A program made the translations under genes and the position numbers. From Candidatus Acetothermia bacterium (GTDB lineage: Bacteria; Bipolaricaulota; Bipolaricaulia; RBG-16-55-9), in NCBI GenBank assembly GCA_016201405.1, contig JACQCZ010000007.1:68307-132306 (forward strand): a DNA stretch of 64,000 bases. Direction: 5' to 3'. Shown here piece by piece: positions 18,665 to 27,386 of this stretch. The notes under the pieces were generated by a model, which was given only the letters and a program-made list of their open reading frames with translations, did not search any database and had not been told where the DNA came from. Position 1 is the stretch's first letter. Each line of letters opens with the position of its first letter.

Positions 18665-19009
18665 TCAAACAACTGAGAGAGGCCCTTGATGCTCTCTCTT
18701 GGCCCTTGCAAAGAGCTTAATCTTCAAGGCGCGGCGATCTTCGGAGTCTCCCTCGCGGGTCAAATAATTCTTTTTAACCAAACAAGATATTAATTGAGTT
18801 GCTGCACTGCTCGTGATCCCTAGCAGATTTGAGATCTCTCTTACTCCAGCACCGCTATGCTGCATGACGACGCGTAAAACCAGCCACCGAGAGAGGGTGA
18901 TGTCGATCTTATCGCGAGAAGAATAGGCTTCAGATAACTTTCGCTTAAGGACATGGAGACTCTCAAAAATCTCTTCAATCTGCTTCTCTCGGTTCTTTGT
19001 GGCGCTCAT
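18665..19009 (-). CDS. MarR family transcriptional regulator (possibly truncated by a frameshift; see findings)
   Basis: Winged-helix core LSRWLVLRVVMQHSGAGVREISNLLGITSSAATQLISCLVKKNYLTREGDSEDRRALKIKL. Only 114 aa; the C-terminal helix appears to continue in another frame. Confidence 0.75.
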   Translation of the reverse strand: MSATKNREKQIEEIFESLHVLKRKLSEAYSSRDKIDITLSRWLVLRVVMQHSGAGVREISNLLGITSSAATQLISCLVKKNYLTREGDSEDRRALKIKLFARAKREHQGPLSVV

Positions 19010-19101
19010 AGCGGTGTCAGAATCTTAATATGCTAGTTTCTTAACTATATTTATGTCAAGAGGATAAGCAGTGATATTGAAAGATCTTGAGATGCTCCGC
19101 G

Positions 19102-19187
19102 TGGTGCGAGAGGGGGGACTCGAACCCCCATGAGCGAAGCCCACTAGCTCCTAAGGCTAGCGCGTCTGCCAATTCCGCCACCCTCGC
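19102..19187 (-). tRNA. tRNA-Leu (anticodon TAG), long variable arm, CCA encoded
   Basis: Minus strand GCGAGGGUGGCGGAAUUGGCAGACGCGCUAGC-CUUAGGA-GCUAGUGGGCUUCGCUCAUGGGGGUUCGAGUCCCCCCUCUCGCACCA. Confidence 0.93.
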
Positions 19188-19231
19188 ATGGGAATGTACG
19201 TTCGTGGTATGTCTCTTCAGGCATGACCGGG

Positions 19232-19304
19232 TACGCCCGGAGGGACTCGAACCCCCAACCCGCGGCTCCGAAGGCCGCTGCTCTTCCAATTGAGCTACGG
19301 GCGC
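19232..19304 (-). tRNA. tRNA-Arg (anticodon TCG), CCA not encoded
   Basis: GCGCCCGUAGCUCAAUUGGAAGAGCA-GCGGC-CUUCGGA-GCCGC-GGGUU-GGGGGUUCGAGUCCCUC-CGGGCGUA. Confidence 0.92.
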
Positions 19305-19358
19305 ATCTTCTGCTTTAACTCTCCCGCGACGTCAAATAAAAACTGACTTTGAATGCAT

Positions 19359-19436
19359 TGGGAGGGATGACGGGGATCGAACCCGCAACCCCCGGCTCCA
19401 CAGGCCGGTGCTCTAACCAGTTGAGCTACATCCCCC
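19359..19436 (-). tRNA. tRNA-His (anticodon GTG) with encoded G-1 and CCA
   Basis: GGGGGAUGUAGCUCAACUGGUUAGAGCA-CCGGC-CUGUGGA-GCCGG-...GCGGGUUCGAUCCCCGU-CAUCCCUCCCA. The extra 5' G pairs with C73. Confidence 0.92.
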
Positions 19437-19512
19437 TGGTACGCCCGGCAGGACTCGAACCTGCAACCGACGGCTTAGAAGGCCGTTGCTCTTCCGGTTG
19501 AGCTACGGGCGC
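19437..19512 (-). tRNA. tRNA-Arg (anticodon TCT), CCA encoded
   Basis: GCGCCCGUAGCUCAACCGGAAGAGCA-ACGGC-CUUCUAA-GCCGU-CGGUU-GCAGGUUCGAGUCCUGC-CGGGCGUACCA. Confidence 0.93.
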
Positions 19513-19527
19513 ATTTTCTAGTCTTGG

Positions 19528-19567
19528 GTCGAGCATCTCTATATTTATTATTCCTGAGATGCTCGAC
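19528..19567. repeat. perfect 12-bp inverted repeat with AT-rich loop inside the tRNA cluster
   Basis: GTCGAGCATCTC (19528-19539) is the exact reverse complement of GAGATGCTCGAC (19556-19567), with a 16-nt A/T loop. There is no adjacent U-tract on either strand. Confidence 0.6.
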
Positions 19568-19625
19568 AGCTGATCCGAAGACGGATAGCGACTATGATGG
19601 CTATCCATGCGTGTGCTCTCGCTTT

Positions 19626-19699
19626 TGGAGCGGATGACGGGGATCGAACCCGCGTAATCGGCTTGGAAGGCCGATGCTCTACCATTGAGCTACATCCGC
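19626..19699 (-). tRNA. tRNA-Gly (anticodon TCC), CCA encoded
   Basis: GCGGAUGUAGCUCAAUGGUAGAGCA-UCGGC-CUUCCAA-GCCGA-UUAC-GCGGGUUCGAUCCCCGU-CAUCCGCUCCA. Confidence 0.93.
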
Positions 19700-19818
19700 A
19701 TGCAGCCCACCATTCTATCAGTGCCTGCCATACCCGTCAAACCCCTTGTGCTCTTGGTATTATTCACAGTTGTCACCGTGGCAGAAGCCTCTATAATCTC
19801 TCATCAGGAGGTAGAAAG

Positions 19819-20481
19819 ATGACCCAATCAACAAAGATTCTGATTTGCTGCGCTGTCAGTTTACTGGTGCCTCTCATTTCTGCCAGCCGTGCAAGAGCCC
19901 AAGATGCCCCGAAGATTCCAGATCGTGTGAGTTACGTCTCCGATTATGCCGATGCCATTCGTGCCAAAATCGAGACGGATATGAATCAGACTCTGCAAAA
20001 TGTCAAGACCTCTTTAGGCTTGACCATTGATATCCTGGTGGTCCCGACTGCCAATTCAGTCCCGATAGAACAATACGGACAGAATGTACTCAAAGCATGG
20101 GGAATTGATAAGCAGAACAAAGATGAAAAGACCTTGCTCTTTGTCCTTGCTTTGAAAGATGGGCTGTACAGCATGGTCAAGACAGCAGGGCTGGAGAAGA
20201 TGCTTACTGACGATACGCTGCAAGAGATCGGCAAAGATGCCATCATCCCTGAGCTTTCTCAGGGCCATATTGAGAGCGGGATAGCCAAAATGATTCAGCG
20301 CGTGGTGAGTGCATATTCAGATGCGCTTCGAAGTACACGAATGGGGACGATAATTAATGCCCCGCCCGCCACAGATCAGACTTCAAAACCAGGCGGTGGA
20401 ATGAATCTTGCAGATCTATTGGGGCTTGGAATTGCAATAGCTCTGATCGTCGTACTGGCTTGGCTCAACCACGTCTTTTGA
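19819..20481 (+). CDS. TPM-domain (YgcG-like) protein with signal peptide and C-terminal TM
   Basis: VSDYADAI...LGLTIDILVVPT...IEQYGQNVLKAWGID...LLFVLALKDG...GLEKML follows the TPM_phosphatase pattern. Start trimmed to ATG 19819 (SD AGGAGG at 19806-19811), because the track ORF start (19594) runs through tRNA-Gly. Confidence 0.75.
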   Translation: MTQSTKILICCAVSLLVPLISASRARAQDAPKIPDRVSYVSDYADAIRAKIETDMNQTLQNVKTSLGLTIDILVVPTANSVPIEQYGQNVLKAWGIDKQNKDEKTLLFVLALKDGLYSMVKTAGLEKMLTDDTLQEIGKDAIIPELSQGHIESGIAKMIQRVVSAYSDALRSTRMGTIINAPPATDQTSKPGGGMNLADLLGLGIAIALIVVLAWLNHVF

Positions 20482-20488
20482 TTCGCTC

Positions 20489-20566
20489 TGGTCGGAGAGG
20501 CCGGATTTGAACCGGCGACCTCAGCGTCCCGAACGCTGCGCGCTAGCCAAGCTGCGCTACTCTCCG
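20489..20566 (-). tRNA. tRNA-Pro (anticodon CGG), CCA encoded
   Basis: CGGAGAGUAGCGCAGCUUGGCUAGCGCG-CAGCG-UUCGGGA-CGCUG-AGGUC-GCCGGUUCAAAUCCGGC-CUCUCCGACCA, with the C1:G72 pair typical of bacterial tRNA-Pro. Confidence 0.93.
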
Positions 20567-20580
20567 TCGTTTTAAATGAT

Positions 20581-20612
20581 GCGGCCTCGGGGTATTGTAG
20601 CCCCGAGGCCGC
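20581..20612. terminator. GC-rich 12-bp hairpin downstream of htrA
   Basis: GCGGCCTCGGGG (20581-20592), 8-nt loop, CCCCGAGGCCGC (20601-20612). It lies between the htrA stop (20655) and the tRNA-Pro 5' end (20566). The T-rich run is only on the plus side (AATTTTT). Confidence 0.55.
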
Positions 20613-20654
20613 TTGCTTGCAATTTTTCAGATAGGGCTTGCTTGTATGACTTTC

Positions 20655-22343
20655 TTACTCTTTTGTAAAGAAGACCGGGAAGCTGACATAGAGCTGCGTC
20701 TTCCCTCGTACAGCGCTTATTCCAACCTGGACATAGGCTGCCCCACCTTTAGCCGCTTTTTGAATTGCTTTGACTGCCTGGTCCCAGTCCTCTGAAGTGT
20801 CGATCTGTTTGTCATTCAATCCGACGATCACGTCATTGGCTTTGAATCCCAGCTGCTCTGCTTTGCTGCCAGACTCAACTTTGGTGATGACCATGCCGTT
20901 GTTCGTTGACAGGTTGTTGTCGGAGGCGAATTGCTGAGAGTTAGCTTGAACTGCAATTCCTAGATTGGAAGCCAAATCAAACGAATCAGCATCTGTCTTC
21001 TGATTTCCGGATGGGGCCTTCGGGGCTGGGCTCTGAGTGGGATTTTGTTTGGCCAGCTCTTCATCGGAAGGCCTTGCGCCGAGGACAATTTCCACAGTCA
21101 TTTTCTGGCTGTTCCGGAGGATTTCGAGTTTGACTGTTTCACCGACAGTGCGGTACTGGACGTTGTCGATGAGATCAGTGACGGTGGGGATGGCTTCGCC
21201 ATCAATGCTCAAAATGACGTCATTGGGCTGTAAGATGCCTACAGATGGAGAGTTCTTCTGAACGTTGACTACCACGACTCCGCTTTTCACTTGCAGGCCG
21301 AGCTGTTGAGCTAAATCGGCAGTGAGGTCGCTGATCTTAACGCCCAGCCAGGCCCGCTTGACGTTCTGGCCTTGAACCATTTGAGAGATTGAATTCTTAG
21401 CTGTGTTGATGGCGATGGCAAAGCCGAGTCCCGGGGCATTGGCGATGATAGCACTGTTGATTCCGATCACTTCACCCTTGGCATTGACGAGTGGGCCTCC
21501 GGAGTTCCCCGGATTGATGGCTGCATCGGTCTGAATCATGTTTTGGAAATTTCCAGCCTGATCTGGGCGAGAAATGTTACGGTGCAAGTAACTAACGATT
21601 CCTGCTGTCACCGTGTGCTCAAGCCCAAAGGGGTTGCCAATGGCTGTGACCCAGTCTCCAACCTCTACCTGATCTGAATCTCCCAGCGGTGCGGCGGCGA
21701 TGCCATCTGCACCGTTGCCGATGACTTGGAGTACGGCAAGATCATGCACCTCGTCTGTGCCTACGACTTTAGCCTGCAACGTCGTTCCATTTGCAGTAGT
21801 GAGACTGATCTTATCGGCTCCATCGACCACATGGTTATTGGTAAGCACAAATTTCTGACCCAGTGACTCGATAAAGAATCCAGAGCCCATAGCCGTTTCA
21901 CGCTGTTGCTGCTGTGGGAAGTATTGGAAATTGTTGAAATAGTCCTGATAGGGGTTTGAGACAGAAGCTTCAACTTGAATCTGAACGACGGATGGCGCAA
22001 CTCGCTGAATGGCAGCTTTGGTCGCATTCTCCCCTGCTGCGATGATCAAGTCTTGCAGCTGATCTTTTGTAAGAGAATCGAGCAACTTCTGGCTGTCGAC
22101 AGGTGTTTCATCGGGTGCGGTCATCGTCTGCTGGGTCGAGGTTGGGACGACTTGTGGCTTTTGGGTAGCATCCGTCTGGACTGAATTTGAAGTTGTGCCC
22201 CCTGCACCCTGGCTAGTTTCCGTATGTTGTTTCTGAGTCTGTGCAGCAGCGGTCTGGTTAGAGTTGAGTGAAGCAAAGTTCAAGACCAGCCCGACGACAA
22301 TGGCCAGAACAGCAATCATCGGGAAAATGATCCAACGTTTCAT
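20655..22343 (-). CDS. HtrA/DegP-family serine endopeptidase with two PDZ domains
   Basis: Catalytic triad context TNNHVV / DLAVLQV / GNSGGPLVN, an N-terminal TM/signal, and two PDZ-like regions (GVVVVNV...PNDVILSIDGE and GMVITKV...ANDVIVGLND). Confidence 0.9.
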   Translation of the reverse strand: MKRWIIFPMIAVLAIVVGLVLNFASLNSNQTAAAQTQKQHTETSQGAGGTTSNSVQTDATQKPQVVPTSTQQTMTAPDETPVDSQKLLDSLTKDQLQDLIIAAGENATKAAIQRVAPSVVQIQVEASVSNPYQDYFNNFQYFPQQQQRETAMGSGFFIESLGQKFVLTNNHVVDGADKISLTTANGTTLQAKVVGTDEVHDLAVLQVIGNGADGIAAAPLGDSDQVEVGDWVTAIGNPFGLEHTVTAGIVSYLHRNISRPDQAGNFQNMIQTDAAINPGNSGGPLVNAKGEVIGINSAIIANAPGLGFAIAINTAKNSISQMVQGQNVKRAWLGVKISDLTADLAQQLGLQVKSGVVVVNVQKNSPSVGILQPNDVILSIDGEAIPTVTDLIDNVQYRTVGETVKLEILRNSQKMTVEIVLGARPSDEELAKQNPTQSPAPKAPSGNQKTDADSFDLASNLGIAVQANSQQFASDNNLSTNNGMVITKVESGSKAEQLGFKANDVIVGLNDKQIDTSEDWDQAVKAIQKAAKGGAAYVQVGISAVRGKTQLYVSFPVFFTKE

Positions 22344-22543
22344 CTTGATCCATCCTCCTGTAGGAACTATATCCGAGTTATTTCTCTAAGTATCTCTTCT
22401 CTGGCTGAAGCCCGGGTCATCATCTTGGGCACATTATAAATGCCCAGACCGAGTTCCCGATATGCATTGTAGATGCAAGAGTTGATTTGGACAAGAACTT
22501 GGTTGCATCCTATGCGGACAATTGTTATAACTACACAGCCACT

Positions 22544-22618
22544 CGGGATGTGGCGCAGCCCGGTTAGCGCGCTGGCATGGGGGGCCAGAGGCCGCCGGTT
22601 CAAATCCGGCCATCCCGA
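22544..22618 (+). tRNA. tRNA-Pro (anticodon GGG), CCA not encoded
   Basis: CGGGAUGUGGCGCAGCCCGGUUAGCGCG-CUGGC-AUGGGGG-GCCAG-AGGCC-GCCGGUUCAAAUCCGGC-CAUCCCGA. Confidence 0.9.
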
Positions 22619-22632
22619 CCCGGGAGCAGAAT

Positions 22633-23313
22633 ATGACTAGGATCACTTTTATTGGGCACTCCGCCATCGAGATTCAGGGCGGAGGTTTCTCGGTTCTGAT
22701 CGACCCGTTTATAAGTCAAAACCCTGTGGCTGTTCATAAACCCGAAGATTTTAAGCCCGACGCTATCATCCTTAGCCATGGCCATGCAGATCACGTTGGG
22801 GATGCTGTGGCACTGGCAAAGAAGCATAACTGCCCGGTGGTCGCTGTCTTTGAGCTGGCCGGATATTGCGGGTCGCAAGGGGCGCCAAAACCTGTGGGGA
22901 TGAACACAGGTGGCGTGACAAAATTTGAGTTTGGAACTGTCCATTTTACCCAGGCGTTTCACAGCTCTAGCTTCAATGGACAATACATGGGACAACCCTG
23001 TGGCATCGTCTTTACGACCCTGGATGGAATGAAAATCTACCACTCCGGTGACACGGCTCTATTTGGTGACATGGCACTGATCGGGAAACATGGGCTTGAT
23101 GTCGCGCTTCTGCCGATTGGCAGTCACTTTACGATGGATCCAGAAGCAGCCGTGATCGCTGTGGAGCTTCTCAAGCCAAAATTCGTCATTCCCGTCCATT
23201 ACAATACGTTTCCGCCCATCAAACAGGATGCCCAGGTTTTTAAAAGAGCTGTCGAGGGACGGACGTCGTCCCGAGTGATTGTCCTGAGTCCCGGGGAGAG
23301 TCATGAGTTCTAA
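22633..23313 (+). CDS. UPF0173-family metal-dependent hydrolase (metallo-beta-lactamase fold)
   Basis: ITFIGHSA...IDPF...LSHGHADHVGD...YHSGDT...IPVHYNTF pattern. Confidence 0.85.
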   Translation: MTRITFIGHSAIEIQGGGFSVLIDPFISQNPVAVHKPEDFKPDAIILSHGHADHVGDAVALAKKHNCPVVAVFELAGYCGSQGAPKPVGMNTGGVTKFEFGTVHFTQAFHSSSFNGQYMGQPCGIVFTTLDGMKIYHSGDTALFGDMALIGKHGLDVALLPIGSHFTMDPEAAVIAVELLKPKFVIPVHYNTFPPIKQDAQVFKRAVEGRTSSRVIVLSPGESHEF

Positions 23314-23539
23314 GTTTTCACTGTGTGGGATACTCTCAGGGACTGAGGTTGATCTTGACGGGCTTGCGGCACCAGTTGTAAGATCACCTTTGGGAGCGTG
23401 GCTGCATCCTAGACTGGCCGCTACGCTTCAGAATCATAACCAAATGCGATAATTGGGCAGGAGCGATTGTTCCCCATTTTCATTTTAGTGGGGCATCTTT
23501 TGAACCTATAGCGTAGTGGGACGACCAAGGGGGATGAGA

Positions 23540-25900
23540 ATGTCTCAACCAACTGCCAGTGCCTCCGAAAAGCTGAATTTCTCAGCGGAGACGGTGGAAT
23601 TTTTCAAAAATGACGAGCTGAGAATCCGATGTTTTCTTGATAAATATGCTTTGAGGGATCTTGGAGGCCGCGTGGTTGAAAAGACCCCTCTTGAAATGTG
23701 GAAACGATTGGCTCGTGAAATCTCTTCTGTAGAAGCAACGAAACCTAGACAGAAAGAGTGGGAAAAGAATTTCTATTGGCTCCTTGAAGATTTTAGGTTC
23801 ATTCCGGGTGGGCGCATCATGTTCGGAGCGGGTCAGCCGAGAAATTCCACCCTGCTCAATTGTTATGTTATTCCCATCAAAAAAGATTCGATTGAAGGGA
23901 TCTTTGACTGGTGCAAAGAGGCAGCCCGTACATACTCATTTGGTGGTGGAGTAGGGACCGATATTAGCATTCTTCGCCCCAAAGGGGCACCGGTCAATAA
24001 CTCTGCTATCTATTCCACGGGTTCGGTCTCATTCATGGACATCTTTTCCATGACGACGGGAACAATTGGGCAGGCGGGGCGGCGCGGTGCGCTCATGATC
24101 ACGATAAGCTGTGAGCATCCAGATCTGCTCGATTTTATTGAAGTAAAGAACGATCCTTCCCGGACCAAAGTTCAGTATGCCAACATCAGCGTCCGGCTGA
24201 CCGATGCCTTTATGAAGGCTGTGGAGAAGAACGAAGAGTTCACTCTGCGCTATGAGAATGATGTCATTGGTGAGTTCACCCGCAAAGTGAATGCCCGCGA
24301 GGTTTGGAAGAAGCTCATCCAGAACGCGCATGCCTCCGCTGAGCCAGGGCTGATCTTCTGGGACAACATGGTCAAGGAGTCTACGACTGAATATAACGGA
24401 ATGAATGTGACTACCACCAATCCCTGTTCCGAGATTCCTCTTGAGCCCTATGGGTGCTGCTGTCTAGGCAATATCAATTTGTCATTGTTTGTAGAGAATG
24501 AATTTACCAAAAATGCCAAGATTGAATGGGAGGGACTGGATCAGGCCCTGCGTTTTGGCACGCGCTTCCTGGACAATGTGCTGGACTACAATGCTGATAA
24601 GCACCCTCTACCTCAGCAGAAGGCCGCTTCGCTCACCTCGCGCCGAATTGGAGTGGGCTTTACTGGGTTTGGTGACATGCTAGTGAAGATGGGCTTCAAG
24701 TATGACTCCGATGCAGCCATTCACTTTACTGACCAGCTCTTTGAGCGGATGAAGAATATCGTTCATGATGAGAGCACAGAGTTGGCCGTAGAGAAGGGAA
24801 CGTTCCCTGCTTATGAATTCAAGAAACACATGAAGAGTGCTTTTATTAAAAGACTAGATAAAAAAGTGATTGAGAAGATTGAGAAGCAAGGGATCCGCAA
24901 TGCGGCGCTCATGACTGTGCCTCCCGTGGGCTCTGGCTCCGTCTTGGCTGGCTGCTCATCCGGTATTGAGCCGATCTTCTCGCTCAGCTATGTTCGAAAG
25001 TCAAAGTCGCTCAGCAAAGATGAGTTTCATGTCTTTCATCCACTGGTGGGTCAGTACTTAGCTAAATCCAAGATCAAGAGCGAGAAAGAGTTGCCGGAGA
25101 CTTTTGTGACATCACACCAAATTGAACCAGAATTTCGAGTCAAGATGCAGGCAGCCATTCAGAAACACATTGATCACGCCATCTCCAGCACAGTGAATTT
25201 GGCCAAAGAGGTCACGCCGGAAGAAGTGGACAAGATCTATTTCATGGGATGGAAGCTGGGTTGCAAAGGAATCACCGTTTATCGCGAAGGATCGCGTGAG
25301 GGCATTTTGCTCACAGATGCTGAAGCTGCGGAGGCCAAAGGACTTAAAGAGGAAGCTGCAGGCAAGCGAGCCACTCGTGCCCCCAGACCGCGCCCCAAGG
25401 TTGTCCAAGGCCGCACCTATCGCATGAAGACGGAGATGGGCCATCTCTATGTCACGATCAATGCCGATGACAAGGGCATGGTCGAGGTCTTTGCCAATTT
25501 GGGCAAGTCCGGCTCTTCAGCGACGGCCTTCACGGAAGCGATTGGACGCCTCATCTCGCTCGCCTTGCGCTCTGGTGTAAAACCAACACACGTCATGGAT
25601 GAGCTGAGCTTGATCCGAGGGCTACGCCCCGTGCTGCAAGAGGATGGCAGCGTCGTCTTCTCCGTGCCGGACGCGATTGCAAAATCGATGGAAGAGTATC
25701 TCAAGGGGGGGGAGCAGCTTGCTCTGCTTGAAGAAGTAAAGCCCATCGCCAAACAGCAGAGCTTCCCAGGAGTAACCACAAATGGACACAGTGCTCAGGA
25801 GAAGCGGCAGGCAGAGCTCTGTCCAAGCTGTGGTGGGTTATTGCTCTTCACGAATGGCTGTTATATCTGCGGTGACTGCGGCTTTTCAGAGTGCGATTGA
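23540..25900 (+). CDS. nrdJ: class II (adenosylcobalamin-dependent) ribonucleotide reductase
   Basis: RNR barrel motifs (GGRIMFGAG, LLNCYV, TNPCSEIPLEPYGCCCLGNINL, VPPVGSGS) and C-terminal Cys-rich tail CPSCGG...CYICGDCGFSEC. Start uncertain: ATG 23540 has the best spacing from AAGGGGG; the alternatives are 23516 and 23534. Confidence 0.88.
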   Translation: MSQPTASASEKLNFSAETVEFFKNDELRIRCFLDKYALRDLGGRVVEKTPLEMWKRLAREISSVEATKPRQKEWEKNFYWLLEDFRFIPGGRIMFGAGQPRNSTLLNCYVIPIKKDSIEGIFDWCKEAARTYSFGGGVGTDISILRPKGAPVNNSAIYSTGSVSFMDIFSMTTGTIGQAGRRGALMITISCEHPDLLDFIEVKNDPSRTKVQYANISVRLTDAFMKAVEKNEEFTLRYENDVIGEFTRKVNAREVWKKLIQNAHASAEPGLIFWDNMVKESTTEYNGMNVTTTNPCSEIPLEPYGCCCLGNINLSLFVENEFTKNAKIEWEGLDQALRFGTRFLDNVLDYNADKHPLPQQKAASLTSRRIGVGFTGFGDMLVKMGFKYDSDAAIHFTDQLFERMKNIVHDESTELAVEKGTFPAYEFKKHMKSAFIKRLDKKVIEKIEKQGIRNAALMTVPPVGSGSVLAGCSSGIEPIFSLSYVRKSKSLSKDEFHVFHPLVGQYLAKSKIKSEKELPETFVTSHQIEPEFRVKMQAAIQKHIDHAISSTVNLAKEVTPEEVDKIYFMGWKLGCKGITVYREGSREGILLTDAEAAEAKGLKEEAAGKRATRAPRPRPKVVQGRTYRMKTEMGHLYVTINADDKGMVEVFANLGKSGSSATAFTEAIGRLISLALRSGVKPTHVMDELSLIRGLRPVLQEDGSVVFSVPDAIAKSMEEYLKGGEQLALLEEVKPIAKQQSFPGVTTNGHSAQEKRQAELCPSCGGLLLFTNGCYICGDCGFSECD

Positions 25901-25937
25901 AAATTAATCGAACTATTAGCTCAAAGGGATTTAGGGA

Positions 25938-25969
25938 GTAGATCTTCCCTCCACCGAGGGAAGATCTAC
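25938..25969. terminator. perfect 14-bp hairpin between convergent nrdJ and gatB
   Basis: GTAGATCTTCCCTC (25938-25951), loop CACC, GAGGGAAGATCTAC (25956-25969). It overlaps the gatB stop codon. Confidence 0.65.
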
Positions 25970-27378
25970 TTATCTAGCTCTTTTTGCAAAAGTTTGGCTA
26001 CAACTTTAGGATTGGCCTGGCCTCTGCTCTTGGCCATCACTTGTCCTACTAAGAAACCAAGAGCATTCTGATTGCCAGCTCGAAAATTTTTCACGACATC
26101 TTCATTCTCAGCCATGACTTGGTCAACCATTTTGATCAGAGTCTTCTCATCTGAGATCTGGGAGTGGCCTTTGCTCGCAATGATATCTTCAGGAGATTTG
26201 CCCGTTCTAAACGCCTCTTCAATCACCTCTTTGCCACTCTTGCGGTTGATCTTACCCTCTTCGACAAGCTGTAAGACGTGAGCAAAGTGCTTAGGTGCTA
26301 TTGGAATTCCGCTGGATGAAGAGTCTTTGAGTAAGCGGAGCAACTCAGACATGATCCAGTTGCTGACAATCTTTGGTTGGTTAAATCTTTCAACGACGGC
26401 CTCGAAGTATTGGGCAATCTCAAGCTCGTCTGTGAGTAACTGAATGTCGTATGCAGGCAACTGAAACACCCGAGCCCAGCGCATTCTCTTAGCGGCAGGC
26501 AGTTCCGGCATCTGGCTTCTCAGTGTTTGCAACCAAGCTTGATTGATAATAACTGGAACAAGATCGGGGTCGGGGAAGTAACGATAATCTTCAGCCTCTT
26601 CCTTGGAGCGCTGAACTTCGACGCGGTTCTTCTCTGGGTTCCAGCCGAACGTTTGCTGAGTAATTTTTTTACCCGAGGCCAGCGATTCGCGCTGTCTGGC
26701 CCCTTCAAACTGCAGCGCCTCTTCCACTGCACGAAAGGAGTTCATGTTTTTGATCTCAGTCTTTGTGCCGAGTTGCGCATCTGCGCTAATCGAGATGTTG
26801 GCGTCGCATCGCAATTCGCCCTTCTCCATATCTCCTGACGAGACCCCAGCATAACGGAGCACTTGGCGTAGCTGGCTCATAAATAAGGAGGCCTCTTGAG
26901 GTGATGAGAGATCAGGCTCGGTGACAATCTCAATTAAGGGAATCCCACAGCGGTTGAGATCCAAAAGACTGTTGTCAGTAACGTGAATTGTCTTTCCGGC
27001 ATCCTCTTCGATGTGGATTCTGCGCAGTCGAATCCTTTTAATATCACCACCCGGTAGCTCAAGGCTCAAATGACCTCCAAGCGCAAGCGGTTCATCATAT
27101 TGCGAGATCTGATAGCCCTTAGGAAGATCAGGATAAAAATAATTCTTGCGGTCAAACTTTGAGAGTTCTGGAATCTCACAGTCCAACGCTAATGCTGCCC
27201 TGAGAGCCAGCTCAATGGCATGGCCATTGCAGACGGGCAGGGCACCTGGCATCCCTAAGCAGACGGGGCAGCAATGGGCGTTGGGAGGACTTCCAAAATA
27301 GTCCGTGCTGCAGGCACAGAATAGCTTCGTGCGGGTATTGAGCTGTGCATGGATCTCCAAGCCTATGATCGCACGCAT
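25966..27378 (-). CDS. gatB: aspartyl/glutamyl-tRNA(Asn/Gln) amidotransferase subunit B
   Basis: IGLEIHAQL, CPVCLGMPGALPV, NYFYPDLPKGYQISQ, RCDANISI and a C-terminal GatB/YqeY tail (LGFLVGQVMAKSRGQANP). Confidence 0.93.
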   Translation of the reverse strand: MRAIIGLEIHAQLNTRTKLFCACSTDYFGSPPNAHCCPVCLGMPGALPVCNGHAIELALRAALALDCEIPELSKFDRKNYFYPDLPKGYQISQYDEPLALGGHLSLELPGGDIKRIRLRRIHIEEDAGKTIHVTDNSLLDLNRCGIPLIEIVTEPDLSSPQEASLFMSQLRQVLRYAGVSSGDMEKGELRCDANISISADAQLGTKTEIKNMNSFRAVEEALQFEGARQRESLASGKKITQQTFGWNPEKNRVEVQRSKEEAEDYRYFPDPDLVPVIINQAWLQTLRSQMPELPAAKRMRWARVFQLPAYDIQLLTDELEIAQYFEAVVERFNQPKIVSNWIMSELLRLLKDSSSSGIPIAPKHFAHVLQLVEEGKINRKSGKEVIEEAFRTGKSPEDIIASKGHSQISDEKTLIKMVDQVMAENEDVVKNFRAGNQNALGFLVGQVMAKSRGQANPKVVAKLLQKELDK

Positions 27379-27386
27379 AGTGAAGA

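Noticed and set aside
19594-19818. N-terminal 75 codons of the track ORF 19594-20481
   Set aside because: This part runs antisense through tRNA-Gly(TCC). The real TPM-domain gene starts at ATG 19819, behind AGGAGG and with a signal peptide.
23314-23539. Cobalamin riboswitch or NrdR boxes upstream of the class II RNR
   Set aside because: No B12-box-like sequence and no 16-bp NrdR palindrome (acaCwAtATaTwGtgt) was found by eye. There is only a modest imperfect inverted repeat (GGTTGATCTT...AAGATCACC) of unclear meaning.
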